Shown here: positions 24,384 to 36,722 of the stretch, in pieces
Layout: every line of letters starts with the position of its first letter
How positions within the stretch are numbered: the stretch's first letter is position 1
NCBI GenBank assembly: GCA_003971905.1
Contig: RSEE01000024.1
Location: forward strand, 558,001 to 622,000
Length of the DNA stretch: 64,000 bases
Direction of reading: 5' to 3'
Source of the DNA: Moniliella sp. 'wahieum'
Lineage: Eukaryota
The notes under the pieces: generated by a model
Told to the model about the DNA's origin: nothing
What the model saw: only the letters and a program-made list of their open reading frames with translations
Databases searched by the model: none
Translations under genes and position numbers: made by a program

Positions 24384-26111
24384 ATGTGGACCACCACTGC
24401 AGGCCTTTCCGGCCGCAAGCTTCAGCTTGCCATCACTGTCACAGCCGTCATGGGGTTCTCTCTGTTCGGCTACGACCAGGGCCTCATGTCCGGCATCGTG
24501 AACGGTCAACAGTTCACTGACGAGTTCCGTGCCCTCAAAAACCGCGACGTTCCTCTTTACGGCCCTGTCAACCCTGCCGACGCCGCGTACAACAAGCATG
24601 TCTCCGTTCTCCAAGGCGCCGTGACGGCCTCCTACGAGATTGGGTGTATTTTTGGTGCCGTGTTTATCCTTCTATTCGGCGAGAAGTTTGGTCGGACCCG
24701 CAGTATGCTCTGCGGTGGCTTCATCATCATCATCGGCACTGTCATTTCATGCAGTTCGTTTAGGCACGCTTGGGGCCTGGGTCAATTTGTCACCGGACGT
24801 GTCATTACGGGTGTGGGCAACGGGATGAACACGGCGACTATTCCAGTATGGCAGTCGGAGCTGTCAGCGGCCCACAACCGTGGCTTCCTCGTCTGCTTTG
24901 AGGGCGCCATCATTGCCGTCGGCACTTTTGTTGCTTACTGGGTCGACTTTGGTATGTCCTACACCACGAACTCGTCGCAATGGCGATTCCCTGTCGCGCT
25001 CCAAATCCTGTTTGCCAGCTGCACCTCCATTGGTGCATTCCTCCTACCGGAATCCCCCCGTTGGTTCATCAGCAAGGGTCTCGACGAGGAAGCACTCTAT
25101 CTCATGGGCCGTTTGCAGGGTTTGGACTCTCCAGATGAGAAGGCCCTGCACAACTTCGAGATTATGAAGGCGGACCATATTGCCAAGGACAGCGCTAAAT
25201 CGGCTTGGAGTCAACTTTTCCAGTTCGGCAAGGGGAAAGAGTTTGAGCGCATGATCGTTGGCGCTTCGACCCAGTTCTACCAACAATTTACTGGCTGCAA
25301 CGCCGCCATCTACTACTCTACCATTCTATTCCAAGATTTCCTGAAGCTGCAGGGCAAGCTGCCTTTGATCATCGGTGGCGTGTTTGCTACGGTGTATGCA
25401 CTTTCTACCATCCCCTCCTTCTGGATGGTTGAGCACATTGGTCGTCGCAACCTTTTCTTGATTGGCTACGCTGGGCAAGGTCTGAGCTTTATTATCACAA
25501 TGGCTTGCTTGGCCGCGACGAAAAACCATGCCGGTCATGTCGATAAGCAGACTCCTAAGGGTGCTGCCGTTGGTCTCTTCCTCTTCATTATCTTCTTTGC
25601 CTTGTCCCTCCTTCCTTTGCCCTGGATCTACCCCCCGGAGATCAACCCTGCTCGCACTCGTACCGCTGGTGCCTCGGTCGCGACCTGCACCAACTGGGTT
25701 ACCAACTTTGCCGTTGTCATGTTTACTCCCGTCTTTTCCAAGGCATCCCCCTGGGGTATCTACCTGTTCTTTGCGCTGATGAACTTCAGCGCCCTCCCGG
25801 TTGCCTACTTCTTCTACGCCGAAACCGCTGGGCGAACATTGGAGGAGATTGACATCATCTACGCCAAGGCCTACACGGAAGGCAAGTGGGCATTCCAGGT
25901 GGCCAACGAAATGCCCAAGCTCGACCATGAGGAGATTCTTCGCCTTCAGAACGAGTACGGCTTGGGCGCATCAGATTCTCCTACCTACTCTGACAACACC
26001 TCGGACCGTGTTGAGCCCGACGCGGGCAAGAAGTCTCCCACTCAGCTGGAGGACCGCGACGAAATGATGGAGAAGACAGCTACTACACGTCTTGAGGACC
26101 GTGACGCTTAA
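24384..26111 (+). CDS. STL1: MFS sugar-porter family glycerol/H+ symporter, STL1-like; intronless, intact
   Basis: GLSGRKLQLAITVTAVMGFSLFGYDQGLMSG, GNGMNTATIPVWQSE, WRFPVALQ, LPESPRW, ASTQFYQQFTGCNAAIYYST, LPWIYPPEINP, ETAGRTLEEID: STL1-subfamily signatures. Confidence 0.9.
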   Translation: MWTTTAGLSGRKLQLAITVTAVMGFSLFGYDQGLMSGIVNGQQFTDEFRALKNRDVPLYGPVNPADAAYNKHVSVLQGAVTASYEIGCIFGAVFILLFGEKFGRTRSMLCGGFIIIIGTVISCSSFRHAWGLGQFVTGRVITGVGNGMNTATIPVWQSELSAAHNRGFLVCFEGAIIAVGTFVAYWVDFGMSYTTNSSQWRFPVALQILFASCTSIGAFLLPESPRWFISKGLDEEALYLMGRLQGLDSPDEKALHNFEIMKADHIAKDSAKSAWSQLFQFGKGKEFERMIVGASTQFYQQFTGCNAAIYYSTILFQDFLKLQGKLPLIIGGVFATVYALSTIPSFWMVEHIGRRNLFLIGYAGQGLSFIITMACLAATKNHAGHVDKQTPKGAAVGLFLFIIFFALSLLPLPWIYPPEINPARTRTAGASVATCTNWVTNFAVVMFTPVFSKASPWGIYLFFALMNFSALPVAYFFYAETAGRTLEEIDIIYAKAYTEGKWAFQVANEMPKLDHEEILRLQNEYGLGASDSPTYSDNTSDRVEPDAGKKSPTQLEDRDEMMEKTATTRLEDRDA

Positions 26112-27102
26112 ATACGCGCCCCACGCGTCCCATTTTGATGACCCCTCCTACTATTCACCATACACACTCTCCCTCACTCCTGTCAATTGATGATAAACCT
26201 GCTCCCTCGGCATCCTCTCTACATTTTGTCCCATTGTCATAGAGCCTGCGGCCAACCTCCTTCTGTTCCTTGACCTACCCCATACCACACAGTGTTCCTC
26301 CAGAGTCCTCTGGCTAGTTAATCATTGTGCGCATTAGCAGTGGTCGTCGCACTTGTTAATCATTAATCCTTCCATTGATCACATGGTGGCTGTCATAGTA
26401 GTCTGGCTGTTCTTGCTCCCTTATCCATTTTGGGTCCATGCTTTCAATGCTGTCGCTTGCCATACGAACTAACGCTACATTCCTTCTGACTTTGGCTCGA
26501 CTGGTGGGATCAGACTCACTTGGTCACAGTTAGTTGATCACCAAGGTGACCAGTCCCCGAGCGTTCCAGACCCTGTTTTCTCCCTTTGGCTATGCTCCCA
26601 GTTCATCCTCCGTGCGACTCTCAGCTCGCATGTTCTCTTCTTCTCCGAGGCATATATACCTCGCCCTCTTTCCACTCGATGAATATGATCCTCATCCTTT
26701 CCCCCATCTCCATCTCCTGTTAGGTTTGCTCCCACTCAGCCTTCCTGGTTTTTTAGCCCACCCATCCACCCCATCTTGTTGCACATCTCTCTCCGCCCTA
26801 CATCACTCCCCTCCCACCCCAAGTACAACCGCCGCGCCGTTGAACCCAACGCGGCTGGCCCCGAGATGGACGATGTCTCCCACGGCAACGACTCTTCCTT
26901 GACCCCACCGCCCTCCGACCATAGTGCCTCAAGGATCGCCCCCCCCGCCCCCGTGGTCCCGACATGCAATCCATTGTCGCCGCCACTAGCCTCTGGGCTC
27001 CCTCGCTTTATTCGAGACTGCGGCATTCATTCTTGTGGGCACTGGTTTGGATGGTAGTTTGCCTGCGACCGGCACAGGAAGGCAAATTCGACGACAAAAA
27101 AC

Positions 27103-27208
27103 TGACGAGAGTGGGATTCGAACCCACGCCCCGGAGGACTGCGGTTACATGATGTGAGCGTTCACAACCACCTTAACACAGCGCGTTAGACCACTTCGCT
27201 ATCTCGCC
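27103..27208 (-). tRNA. tRNA-Leu(AAG) with a 26-nt intron (27145-27170)
   Basis: Reverse complement folds as a cloverleaf: acceptor GGCGAGA/TCTCGTC-A, D loop AAGTGGTCTAA, anticodon stem CTGTG/CGCAG with loop TT-AAG-G^C, long variable arm, T loop TTCGAAT. Followed by a T6 Pol III terminator. Confidence 0.93.
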
Positions 27209-27868
27209 TTCGCTGGTTGTGTAGCCAGAATCCGAGATTCGTTGCTCATCGTGCTGCATAGAGCTGAATCTGAATTCTGAATGGCGTCAGTTCGTCTTTG
27301 GGCTCGCAAGCACTCTCAATGCTACATTTAAATTGGAAGCGAAGGGAATGGTGTGGGAGCCAGACGGGTCCCAAGCTGCTGGCGACTCTGCTGGTCTCCA
27401 GATTGGATTGGCACTCAGGCAGCAGCACATGGGGGATGTGCAAGCCGCCCTGATCGGCGCAGCTTTTCTTTGTTCCAGCCTCAAGCCCTGTTGTAAATGC
27501 AAGTGACAAAAGAGGAAGATGAAGGAATGCGTACAGCTTGGCGGAACTGGAATTAGCTCGATTGATCATAAGCCCCAACGCTCTCCCTCTCATCGCAACC
27601 TGCTTGCTCCATCCGACAAGTGGCTCGAGAGCGCATAGGGGTTGTCTGTAACACTTCTTGAGTTAGTGGGATGGTCTGTGAGACGACCGAACCGGGCTGC
27701 CCATAATGTGGACGCTGAGGGACTGATTAATGGGGGTCCGTGCACCCTGTACAATTTCCGCCCTAGGCCGCCCCCAATCATAGAAATTTTCATCTCATTT
27801 TGTCCGTGGCGGGTGATTTTTTCGTTCCACCACCACCCCCCGGTTACCGCCTATCTTCTATCCCTGTC

Positions 27869-29734
27869 ATGGATTCCCGCACTGTTGGTCTCCTGGGCGC
27901 AGGACAACTGGGCCGCATGTTTGTTGCCGCCGCCCAGCGGCTCAATGTGCGCGTGCTTTTCCTCGATGTCGGCGATCAAGCGCCCGCCAAGCAGCTTGCC
28001 TACGAGCCCGGCCCACCCGGCCAGGCCTCAGCCCACGTCGATGGTTCCTTTGCGGACCCGGCCAAGATTGAGGAGCTGGCGAGCAAGGTGGACGTGTTGA
28101 CGGTTGAGATTGAGCACGTGGATGCGGACCAACTTCAACGTGTGCTTGACCAGGGCTGGGTGCAGGCCGTTCACCCTTCCCCCCAGACACTCAAGACGAT
28201 CCAGGACAAGTACCAGCAAAAGGTCCACCTTTCCTCGCAGGGCATCCCTGTCGCCGAGTATCTTCCCATTGAACCTGATGTCCCCAAGGGCCAAACACCC
28301 GACCCGATTCGCCTCGAGGAGAGCACCCGGGACGCCATTGAGGTATTTGGCTTGCCTCTGCTGCTCAAGTCTCGTCGGCAGGCATACGATGGAAAGGGCA
28401 ATTTTGTTCTGCGCAAGATTGAAGAAATTCCAGAGGCTATCACTGCTTTGAGTGCTGGCAAGGCGGGACTTTACGCTGAGAAGATGGTCGACTTTGTTGC
28501 TGAGGTGGCTGTTATGGTCGTCCGCGGTGCGAACGGGGAAGTAGTTAGCTACCCTGCCGTTGAGACGGTGCACCGGGACAACATTTGCCACACTGTCTTT
28601 GCCCCCCTGCGAAGCGAGGACCCGGATGTCGAGCCGCGGGCACGAGCGATCGCAGAGCGTGCAGTAGCCACCTTCTCGGGTGCCGTGTGTGTTTGGTGTT
28701 GAGATGTTCCTCCTCGGTGACGGAGAGCTGTTGGTCAACGAAATTGCCCCCCGCCCCCACAACTCGGGTCACTACACGATCGAGGCATGCGAAACGTCGC
28801 AGTACGAGAACCACTTGCGTGCAGTGTTGGGTCTCCCGCTCGGATCCACTGCTCTCTCTGTCCCGGCAGCCGGTATGATCAACATTCTGGGACTGGCGGA
28901 CCTGGACAAGGATGCGGCGGCGCTTCAGCGTACCTATCTTCGGCCCGTGCCAGCCTGCAGGTACCTGGAGCGAGTCTGCACCTGTATGGAAAGACGGGTT
29001 GCCGCAAGGGACGCAAGATGGGTCACATTACGGTCGTCGGACCAACGGATGCAGCGGTGCGTGCGCGCATCAGTGCATTGGACACCATGCAAGAGGCTGG
29101 CCGGACCGTTCCCGGATCCGAGCTAGAGAACCGGCTGCTGCTCTCGCGTGCTGCACTCGAGGAGGCGGGGGACGCTGCTCCCGAATCGATTTACCAACCC
29201 AAGTCCCCTGCCGACTTCCAAACCCCGCGCCGCTCGTTGGGATCATCATGGGTTCGGACTCTGATCTGCCAGTGATGCTGGCTGCGGCCGAGGTGATGAA
29301 GGACTTTGGTGTACCCTTTGAACTCACCATCACTTCGGCTCATCGCACACCAGACCGGATGCGCGACTATGCCAGAGGTGCGGCCCGCGGGGGTTGCGTG
29401 TGATTATTGCTGGCGCTGGGGGTGCGGCCCACCTTCCTGGGATGGTGGCCGCTCAGACGGCGCTGCCAGTGATCGGGGTGCCAGTCAAGGGATCGACGCT
29501 GGATGGTGTGGATTCGCTGCACAGCATTGTGCAGATGCCGCGCGGTGTGCCAGTGGCAACGGTGGCGATCAACAACGCCATGAACGCGGGGCTTCTCGCT
29601 GTGCGTATCCTGGGGGCGTCGAACCCTGTCTTCCTGGTGCGCATGCAAAGTATATGGACGACATGTGCCAAGGCGTGTACGACAAGGTGTCGCGACTGGA
29701 GGACCTGGGCTGGGATTACACCCTGAAGAAGTGA
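27869..29734 (+). CDS. ADE2: Phosphoribosylaminoimidazole carboxylase (PurK-PurE fusion); frameshifts
   Basis: [133 protein letters not shown]. Confidence 0.95.
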
Positions 29735-30904
29735 AGCAAATGCTCAAACGGAATGTTGGTTCGCAAAAATCAGCATTGTCAGTGCCTTCGTACACCTATT
29801 GGACTGTTAATGTGTATTAGCCAAGTTGCGCATGTGTACTGCAATAGTTGAAAACTGATGTACATCCATCTATGCGCCAAGCTATTCCTCCGCATAATCG
29901 GCGCTCAGCCTGAGCGCTATCCAGCTGCCAAACAAGGACGAAACATATACTAGACATGTCATGCAGCTTGGCAATTGATGTGATCCCGGCTAAATAAGCC
30001 TCTCTTCCATCGCTTTCGGCACTAGGGTACCGTAGCATACTAAGAGCATGTCCCATCTGGCACACCTGATAGTATCTCCACTCCTTTTACCCTCTTTCTC
30101 CCCGTACTCGGATCTCTCTTCGACTTCCGAACGGTGAAATGGAGGGAACGGGTATGGCCTTGTTGGCTACTGCATGGCGTAACTTTTGTAGAATATTGAT
30201 GGGATGATCCGTCTCCGCTACCGTTGAAAGTACGCCGTACTGTGACTTATACATCAGTTTCTCCTGAACAACTCAAATGAGGTTCTCACACTTAGTTGTC
30301 AAACATAGAACTAGTATAAGTACACCGCTCCTTGACCATACATCTTGTTATTAGGAATTCCACGGATATGACAGACTCCAGCGGGGCTTTCCACATACAA
30401 AAGGGGGTCTGTACCCTATGCTACGGCCCACCATCGTCATTCTCTGGGCACAGTGCCCACTCGTTCGCGCGAAGATGGGGTCTGAAAGACCAGGCCATCA
30501 GGAGTGGATTTCTTATGGTGTCTCCAAGAAAAGCACTGTACTTGTGAATGATGATCTGCTCTCGCGCTGTGATATGTGGCTGAGGGACGGCGGAGAACTC
30601 CTCTCTATACGGTAGCCCCAGCTTATTTGGAGGTTGTACTGGCAACGGTGGGGCGCACATCGCCAGTGCATGGTTCAATCGCACCACAGGGACTCTGCAA
30701 TGGACGCCCACAGACAGTACTCCTACAAGGGGTGTGCAGAGCGGGGAGTCAAGAGCAACGATAGGTAACGAAGGACGAGAAGGGCGAGAGAAGAAGATTG
30801 GATACTGGCCTAATAGAATACCGCATTGCTGCCTCCTGGGGCCGACAGGCATGGATGTTTGTTACCGATGGCTAGTAGATGAGCAGCGGGTTGTCAAACC
30901 CCGT

Positions 30905-30965
30905 GTCAGCGTCAGCGTCAGCGCCTGACATGTGACATGTGACCTGCTGACATGAGACGCTGAAG
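30905..30965. repeat. GTCAGC tandem repeat followed by (ACATGT-G)n array, upstream of 14-3-3
   Basis: gtcagcgtcagcgtcagcgcctgacatgtgacatgtgacctgctgacatg; ACATGT units at 30928 and 30935. Confidence 0.8.
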
Positions 30966-31402
30966 CAGCTGGGCGGTGTGCCATGGGCCATGTGACGTCA
31001 GCTGAACCCTAGCCCTCCTGGCGCGCCCCCGCACGGCGCCTCTGCCACGTTGGCACAGGCGCCCCCTGCAGGGTGCGGCGGCTGGGAGCAAGGTGGGCGC
31101 GGGGCGAGTGTCGCGGCAGGCGGCCTGTTCACTCCGAGGCCGAGCGCAGCGCTTAGGGCTGGTGCGCTTAGAGCCAGCGTCGCCACGGCGGCTGCGTGGC
31201 CTCGGACCCCACGCGTCCACACTGGCCCCGTGCCCGCCCCAACTCGCCCTCCCGCCTGCCGTCTCGCTCTCGGCTGGCGGCTTACGTCTCGCCTCCGCCC
31301 CACCACTGCCGCCTCTGCTGTCGCCCCCGCGCTGTCTCTTCTCTTTTCCTGGTCCGTCGCCCCCGGCTCCCGCCCCTCGCCCTCTCTGACCCTTCTCCAG
31401 CC

Positions 31403-32224
31403 ATGTCTGTGCCCCGTGAAGACTCTGTCTACCTCGCCAAGCTCGCCGAGCAGGCTGAGCGCTACGAGGAGATGGTTGAGCAGATGAAGGCTGTTGCTTC
31501 CACCGACGAGGAACTCACTGTCGAGGAGCGCAACCTCCTCTCGGTCGCCTACAAGAACGTCATTGGCGCCCGCCGCGCCTCGTGGCGCATTGCCTCCTCT
31601 ATCGAGCAGAAGGAGGAGAGCAAGGGCAACGAGCACCACGTCACCATGATCAAGTCGTACCGTGAGAAGATCGAGGCTGAGCTCGCCAAGATTTGCGAAG
31701 ACATTCTTGCTGTGCTCGACAAGCACCTCATCCCTTCGGCCCAGTCTGGCGAAAGCAAGGTCTTCTACCACAAGATGAAGGGCGATTACTACCGCTACCT
31801 TGCTGAATTCGCCACTGGCGAGCGGAGGAAGGAGGCGGCGGACAAATCGCTGGAGGCCTACCAAGCCGCCTCTGATGTCGCCGTCACTGAGTTGCCGCCC
31901 ACCCATCCCATCCGCCTGGGTCTGGCACTAAATTTCTCTGTGTTCTACTATGAGATTCTCAACTCGCCCGACCGCGCCTGCCACCTAGCCAAGCAGGCGT
32001 TTGACGACGCCATTGCTGAGCTCGACACGCTGTCTGAGGAGTCGTACAAGGACTCGACACTGATCATGCAACTGTTGCGTGACAACCTTACCCTTTGGAC
32101 CTCGGACATGCAGGAGAACGAGCAGCGGGCGCCCGAACCGGAGGCCGCTCCTGCCCCTGAGGCCGCTCCTGCCCCTGAGGCCGCTGCTCCCGAAGAGGCA
32201 CCCAAGCCGGAAGAGGCGGCCTAA
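31403..32224 (+). CDS. BMH1: 14-3-3 protein; intronless; C-terminal PEAAPA repeats
   Basis: [89 protein letters not shown]. Confidence 0.97.
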   Translation: MSVPREDSVYLAKLAEQAERYEEMVEQMKAVASTDEELTVEERNLLSVAYKNVIGARRASWRIASSIEQKEESKGNEHHVTMIKSYREKIEAELAKICEDILAVLDKHLIPSAQSGESKVFYHKMKGDYYRYLAEFATGERRKEAADKSLEAYQAASDVAVTELPPTHPIRLGLALNFSVFYYEILNSPDRACHLAKQAFDDAIAELDTLSEESYKDSTLIMQLLRDNLTLWTSDMQENEQRAPEPEAAPAPEAAPAPEAAAPEEAPKPEEAA

Positions 32225-32729
32225 GCTTTCGTCTAGTCCTTTCTGCCTCCTTGGTAACGGACCAAGACTGCAAGCACCCCCTTTCCTCCCTTCTCTTTTC
32301 TCGTACCCTTCGGGGAACAGAGATATATACACCCTTGACTGGTGACCCACACTCCCATCACCCCTTGCTACTGAGGCACTTGATTGTGTTGTGCGCCTGT
32401 TTGTCTCTTTTCTTGTCTCCCTACTGGAGTGGGCCTCTCCGTTTTGCCTGCTTGGTTCTTCCTATGCCTTTTCGCACAAAATGGATGGCGGGTTAACGCC
32501 CCCCCCTTTCTTTCCCCCACGTTCCTAAGGATTCCGCGACCCCCCCCCTTAAGCCCAACCCGACACCCAACTCCGCATACACATACAGTCTCAGTTCTCC
32601 TTTTCAGGGTTATCGGGCACTACACTTGTAGATCTACATTCCTGTCCCTTCATTTGGAGGATGTGCTAGCCAGGAGAAGAAAGGAAGGTGTTATCAGTGA
32701 TCAGTAGTAAGCATTGAGCGCGAGTGACA

Positions 32730-33550
32730 TCAGAGCTTCGCCACATTCTTCTCAAAAAACTCGCTCCACTCTTTGGCGCCAAAGGAAGAGGAGACCGAGC
32801 CGTCCACGATCCCGTTCCACAGCACGGTGGGAGTGACATGGATTCCATTCTGGCGCCCAAGCTTGTTCTGTAGCAGTAGCGAAAAGAGAGGCGTCAGCGT
32901 TGCCGGTCACCGGTCAGGAGGTGCAGGCGAGACACAATGGGCCTCGGTCAACAGAAAAAGGGCAAACAACGTACGCAGTACTTGATTTCGTTCTGCAATG
33001 CGTTGCCCGCGTTGCCTTGGGGCTTGACATTGAGAAGCTCTCGGACGGCCTGGCCCAATGGGACGCCAGCACGGCCGGAGCTCAGCAACTCAGCTTTGAT
33101 CTCGCCCGAGGCGGCGCCCTGGCCATGCCCGCCCCCACCAAACAGGCCCACCACCAGCTGGGTCAGTTCCGACCGAATCTGGTCCGCCGACTTTTCCCGC
33201 GCGGCCGCCTCGAAAAACGATTCCTGGGCTTGCATCAGCGCGACGGTGAAGAGCCAAAAAGCATTCGTCTCGGGCTGAGCCAGTTGAGCGGCCGAGGCGT
33301 GGGTGCCAGCCAACCGGGCGACCGCCAGGGCCCCCTCGGACGTCAGGGTCGACGGCCAATGCCAGGGCTGCACATAGGGCCGAACAATCACCTTAAACTC
33401 CCCCTGCGCCAGGCGCGGCAGCACATGGTCGCGCAGGCCCAGCACTTGTTTCTTGCTGAACGGGCAGACATAGTCGACGTACACTTCCAGTACGTTGGGC
33501 GCACTGGCCGAACCAAGCTGCAGGGCACGAAGCGTGGGAGGAAGCGCCAT
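32730..33550 (-). CDS. Thioredoxin-fold (DsbA-like) protein with CPFS motif; intron 32868-32974
   Basis: MALPPTLRALQLG...LEVYVDYVCPFSKK...VQPWH...EIKYC spliced (gtacgt...gctgac...cag) to NKLGRQNGIHVTPTVLWNG...SSSFGAKEW. Confidence 0.82.
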
Positions 33551-34293
33551 GGTCACCAACACGTTCCACGGCAGAAGCGGCGAGGGGAGAGGAGCGAAGA
33601 GGAGGGGGAAGGGGGTGGAACAGCGTACGATCCGCTTGAGCGCAATCCTCCAGCAGGCTACTGCCCACTACTGCTCTTGGCACGCCATCGCTCGCCCGAT
33701 CCTTAATCATTCGTCAGCGCCATCAGCGTCATCGATCTCTGTCGGCCTTGCTCTTCCCTGGCCGGCCGCCGCCCACGGGCCCCATCGGCCATCGGCCAGC
33801 GCCCATGCCTGTGCGCCTCCAACCTGGTCTGTGCGTCGGCGTCCGCCTACGTCAGCGGGTCACGTGCCGCTCGTGCCCCGCTCCTCCCGCGCCAAAAAAA
33901 CGGCAAGGCCGGCGGATGGGCTGGACAGTCCAGCGCAGGCCAGGTTCAACGTTCAACTCAACGTTCAGCCCGCTCGCTGGCCGCCTCGCCCGCCCGTAGA
34001 TGCACCCTATCCAGCTCATCTATCGAGTCGTCTATCGATCCATCTACCGGGCTGCGTATGAGTCGTGGTAGCCAAGTGCATCGCAGATATGTACAAGGTG
34101 GTGAAGGGGAGGGGCCACATACACCCCAGTCGTCATAATAAACAAACGCGAAGCCCGCGGGGTGGAGAAGGTATATAATGCCGAAGGCGTGGGCGGCAGA
34201 GCCAGATTGGATGAATGGGCAAGTTCCACAGGTGGAACGGCAGGAGATTGGGTGGAATCGAAGAGAAATCGACCAGGTCGCTGCGCAAGAGCG

Positions 34294-36037
34294 TTACGAT
34301 TCCAACCCCGATTCCGATTCCGATTCCGGTGCGAGAGCGTGCGACGTCTCATCGCCCTCGCCCTCACCCTTGGCCTCCTTGGCTCGGGTCGGAACTGGTG
34401 TGGGTTCTGGTTCCTGCACCGAAATCAGGCTTGTCTTGATCGGGATAGACAGCCTCGCCCCCTAGGGCCGGCTCCTGCCCGCCTGGCGCGGCTGAAGCGG
34501 GCGGGGGCCTGGCGCGGTGCCCCTCCCGCCGCGGGGACGGGGTGCGAGAGCGGTCGTGGTCGTAGTCAGGGTCCGGGTAAGATTCCGAGTCGGTGCCGGT
34601 GGTCGAGTCGGGGTCATGGTCAAAGACATCGGCCAAAGCGAGTTCAGCTTGGCGCGCCGCCTCCACTTCAGCACGGAGTGCGTTGAGTTCTTTCTCAAAC
34701 CGACGTCCCCAGACTTCGACATAGTACGACGCCCCGTTCCAGGCGGCCATCAGCTGCACCACAAACACAAACACTGACGCTGCCGTCTTGGATCGAAAGT
34801 AGAGCCGGGGCGCAGGCAGGGTGGTGACCATCGTATAAAAGAACTGGGTCAACATAAACCACCGTTCGGCGCGTTCGTAGCGGTACTGGCCCAAGAGCGG
34901 TGCCAAGGCGCCCCGGCCACGGACCATGGTGATAAACGAGTTGGCTCGCTCCCCTGCCTGAATCTTGGCCTTTTTGGGGCGGGAAATAAAGGTCCAGTAC
35001 AGGGCCTGCCATATGCCATAGACCAGGACGGAAAAAGCAGACTCTTGCCCACCGGCAACGGCTCCCCGGGCCCTGGCAACTTTGCTAGGGCCGGGTACCG
35101 CTCTACCGCCACCTCTCGTGGGATGGCATGGCGAACGGTGTGCATGACGAGCAGGGGGTAAATGTGAATGAAGAGCGAGGTGAGTTTCTCGGCCGAGTGG
35201 AAGACCATGGAGTTTTTCCACACCACCACCGAGTGGCCCAAAGGGCCATAGGCGCAGCAGAAGCATACGCTCAGCAAAAAGGGGGAACTGGGCAGGACCC
35301 AGAGAAAAAGGAGAATGAGGATGTTGGCCAAGTAACAAAAATCAGCAAGGTAGTAGTGCCATCGCTGGCGGGAATACGTGTAGAACCGAAGCGGCAAGAA
35401 AAAGCAACACTGCAGCGTGTACAAGGTGGGAATCCAGTGGGGCCGCAGAGCAAAGACGAGCGAGGTAACCACCAAATTTTCCACCCCAATCACGAAACTC
35501 AACGCATCCCGAATCCGAACTACCTTGGCATCGTTCCATTGCCGCTGCAGTTTGTCCACACGCGCGCCTACCTGGGCCCGAACCCGACTGGCGTCCATGT
35601 GCAGCGCCCTCATCTCCAGCCGGGTGGCGGTGGCAGCGCGCTGGGCACGAGAACGCGCTTGTCGGCCCGCCCGCTTCAAGGGCGGTGGGACTCGGTCCTG
35701 CACACCGCGAACCAACTTGTCCCTTCGCGCTCGGGCGGCCGACTTGAGCTCGGCGGAAAAGTCGCGCCATTTGCGGTCCAACAAGTCCACACGCGAGTCC
35801 CAGTAGGTCTCAAGAAGCTCTGCAGGGGGGATTGGAGGTGAGCTGGATGGGGATGCGCATGGGTGGAGGGGGGGGATACACACCGATTAGGGGCATGCCC
35901 GACTCGCTGTCGCGCAAGTCAAAGCCATCCAGTTCGGGGCCCATGTCGGGGTCGAAGACGGGCGTAGGCGGAGTGGCGTGCGGGGGAGCCGGGCCGGGTG
36001 CGGTGGCGGACAAGTCGGGACTGGGAGGATCGGACAT
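34294..36037 (-). CDS. GPC1: Glycerophosphocholine acyltransferase (DUF2838) membrane protein; intron 35820-35883; 3' end uncertain (34364 or 34294)
   Basis: LPLRFYTYSRQRWHYYLADFCYLAN, VVWKNSMVFHSAEKLTSLFIHIYP, YGIWQALYW, WNGASYYVEVWGRRFEKEL. Confidence 0.88.
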
Positions 36038-36722
36038 GGGAAGAAAGACTGTTGGTGGCGCTCGAGGACGACGGTGCGGCGGCTGGGGAGCTGCACCACC
36101 CAGCCCTCCCATTTCCATCGCCGGTTTTTAGCGCCTAGCCCTCCAAGACGGCCAGAGCGCACGCACACGTGCGGCCTATTCAAACTTTCAGGAGCACTGG
36201 CGCGCCCGCGCACCGCGGCGCCTGTCTCTCTCGCCTTTCACCTTTCACTCGGCTAGGCTAGGTTCTAGTTACTACTGCCACCCCGCCATTTCTTGCCATG
36301 TCAGGATCACCAAACAAGCGTGCAGCGCTCAGCAGCCGCTTCCAACAAAAAAGGGGGAGAGGCAACGCATGGGCCGACAGCCAGCGAAGCGCTTGGGGGC
36401 CCAACGTGGATTACAGGGGTGGTGAAGCAGGGGGGGGGGGGGGGGGTAGAGCGGGCCGGAGAAGAGGACAAACAAAAGGAAAGACTGGAAGGGAGGGACA
36501 GGAGACTAGAGACCGGGCGCCGGGCGGTCGGGAAGCAAAAAATGGGGAGGCGGACAAGGAAGGGACAAGACCGAAACAGCCGCAGGGCACAACCACCGGT
36601 CCAAACGCTCAACGTGTTCAACACGCATGGCCAGCATGAAGGAGCAGGGCAAACACTGTCTGCAATCGTTGGAAAAGAAAGCACATGATCACGATCACGA
36701 TCAAAAAAAGGAGGCAAGCCAA

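Noticed and set aside
27103..27208. Non-standard tRNA or genetic-code reassignment
   Set aside because: The anticodon AAG, long variable arm and A discriminator are consistent with ordinary Leu identity, and the intron is at the canonical 37/38 position.
29800..30860. Short ORFs between ADE2 and 14-3-3 (similar case at 39700-40520)
   Set aside because: No domain similarity or convincing splice structure recognised; left unannotated, though a fragmented gene cannot be excluded.
30998..31906. Long antisense ORFs opposite 14-3-3, STL1, RMD1 and other genes
   Set aside because: Expected shadow ORFs from GC-rich codon bias of the sense genes.
32137..32192. 18-bp tandem repeat in the 14-3-3 tail
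   Set aside because: It encodes the variable PEAAPA C-terminal tail; ordinary low-complexity coding repeat.
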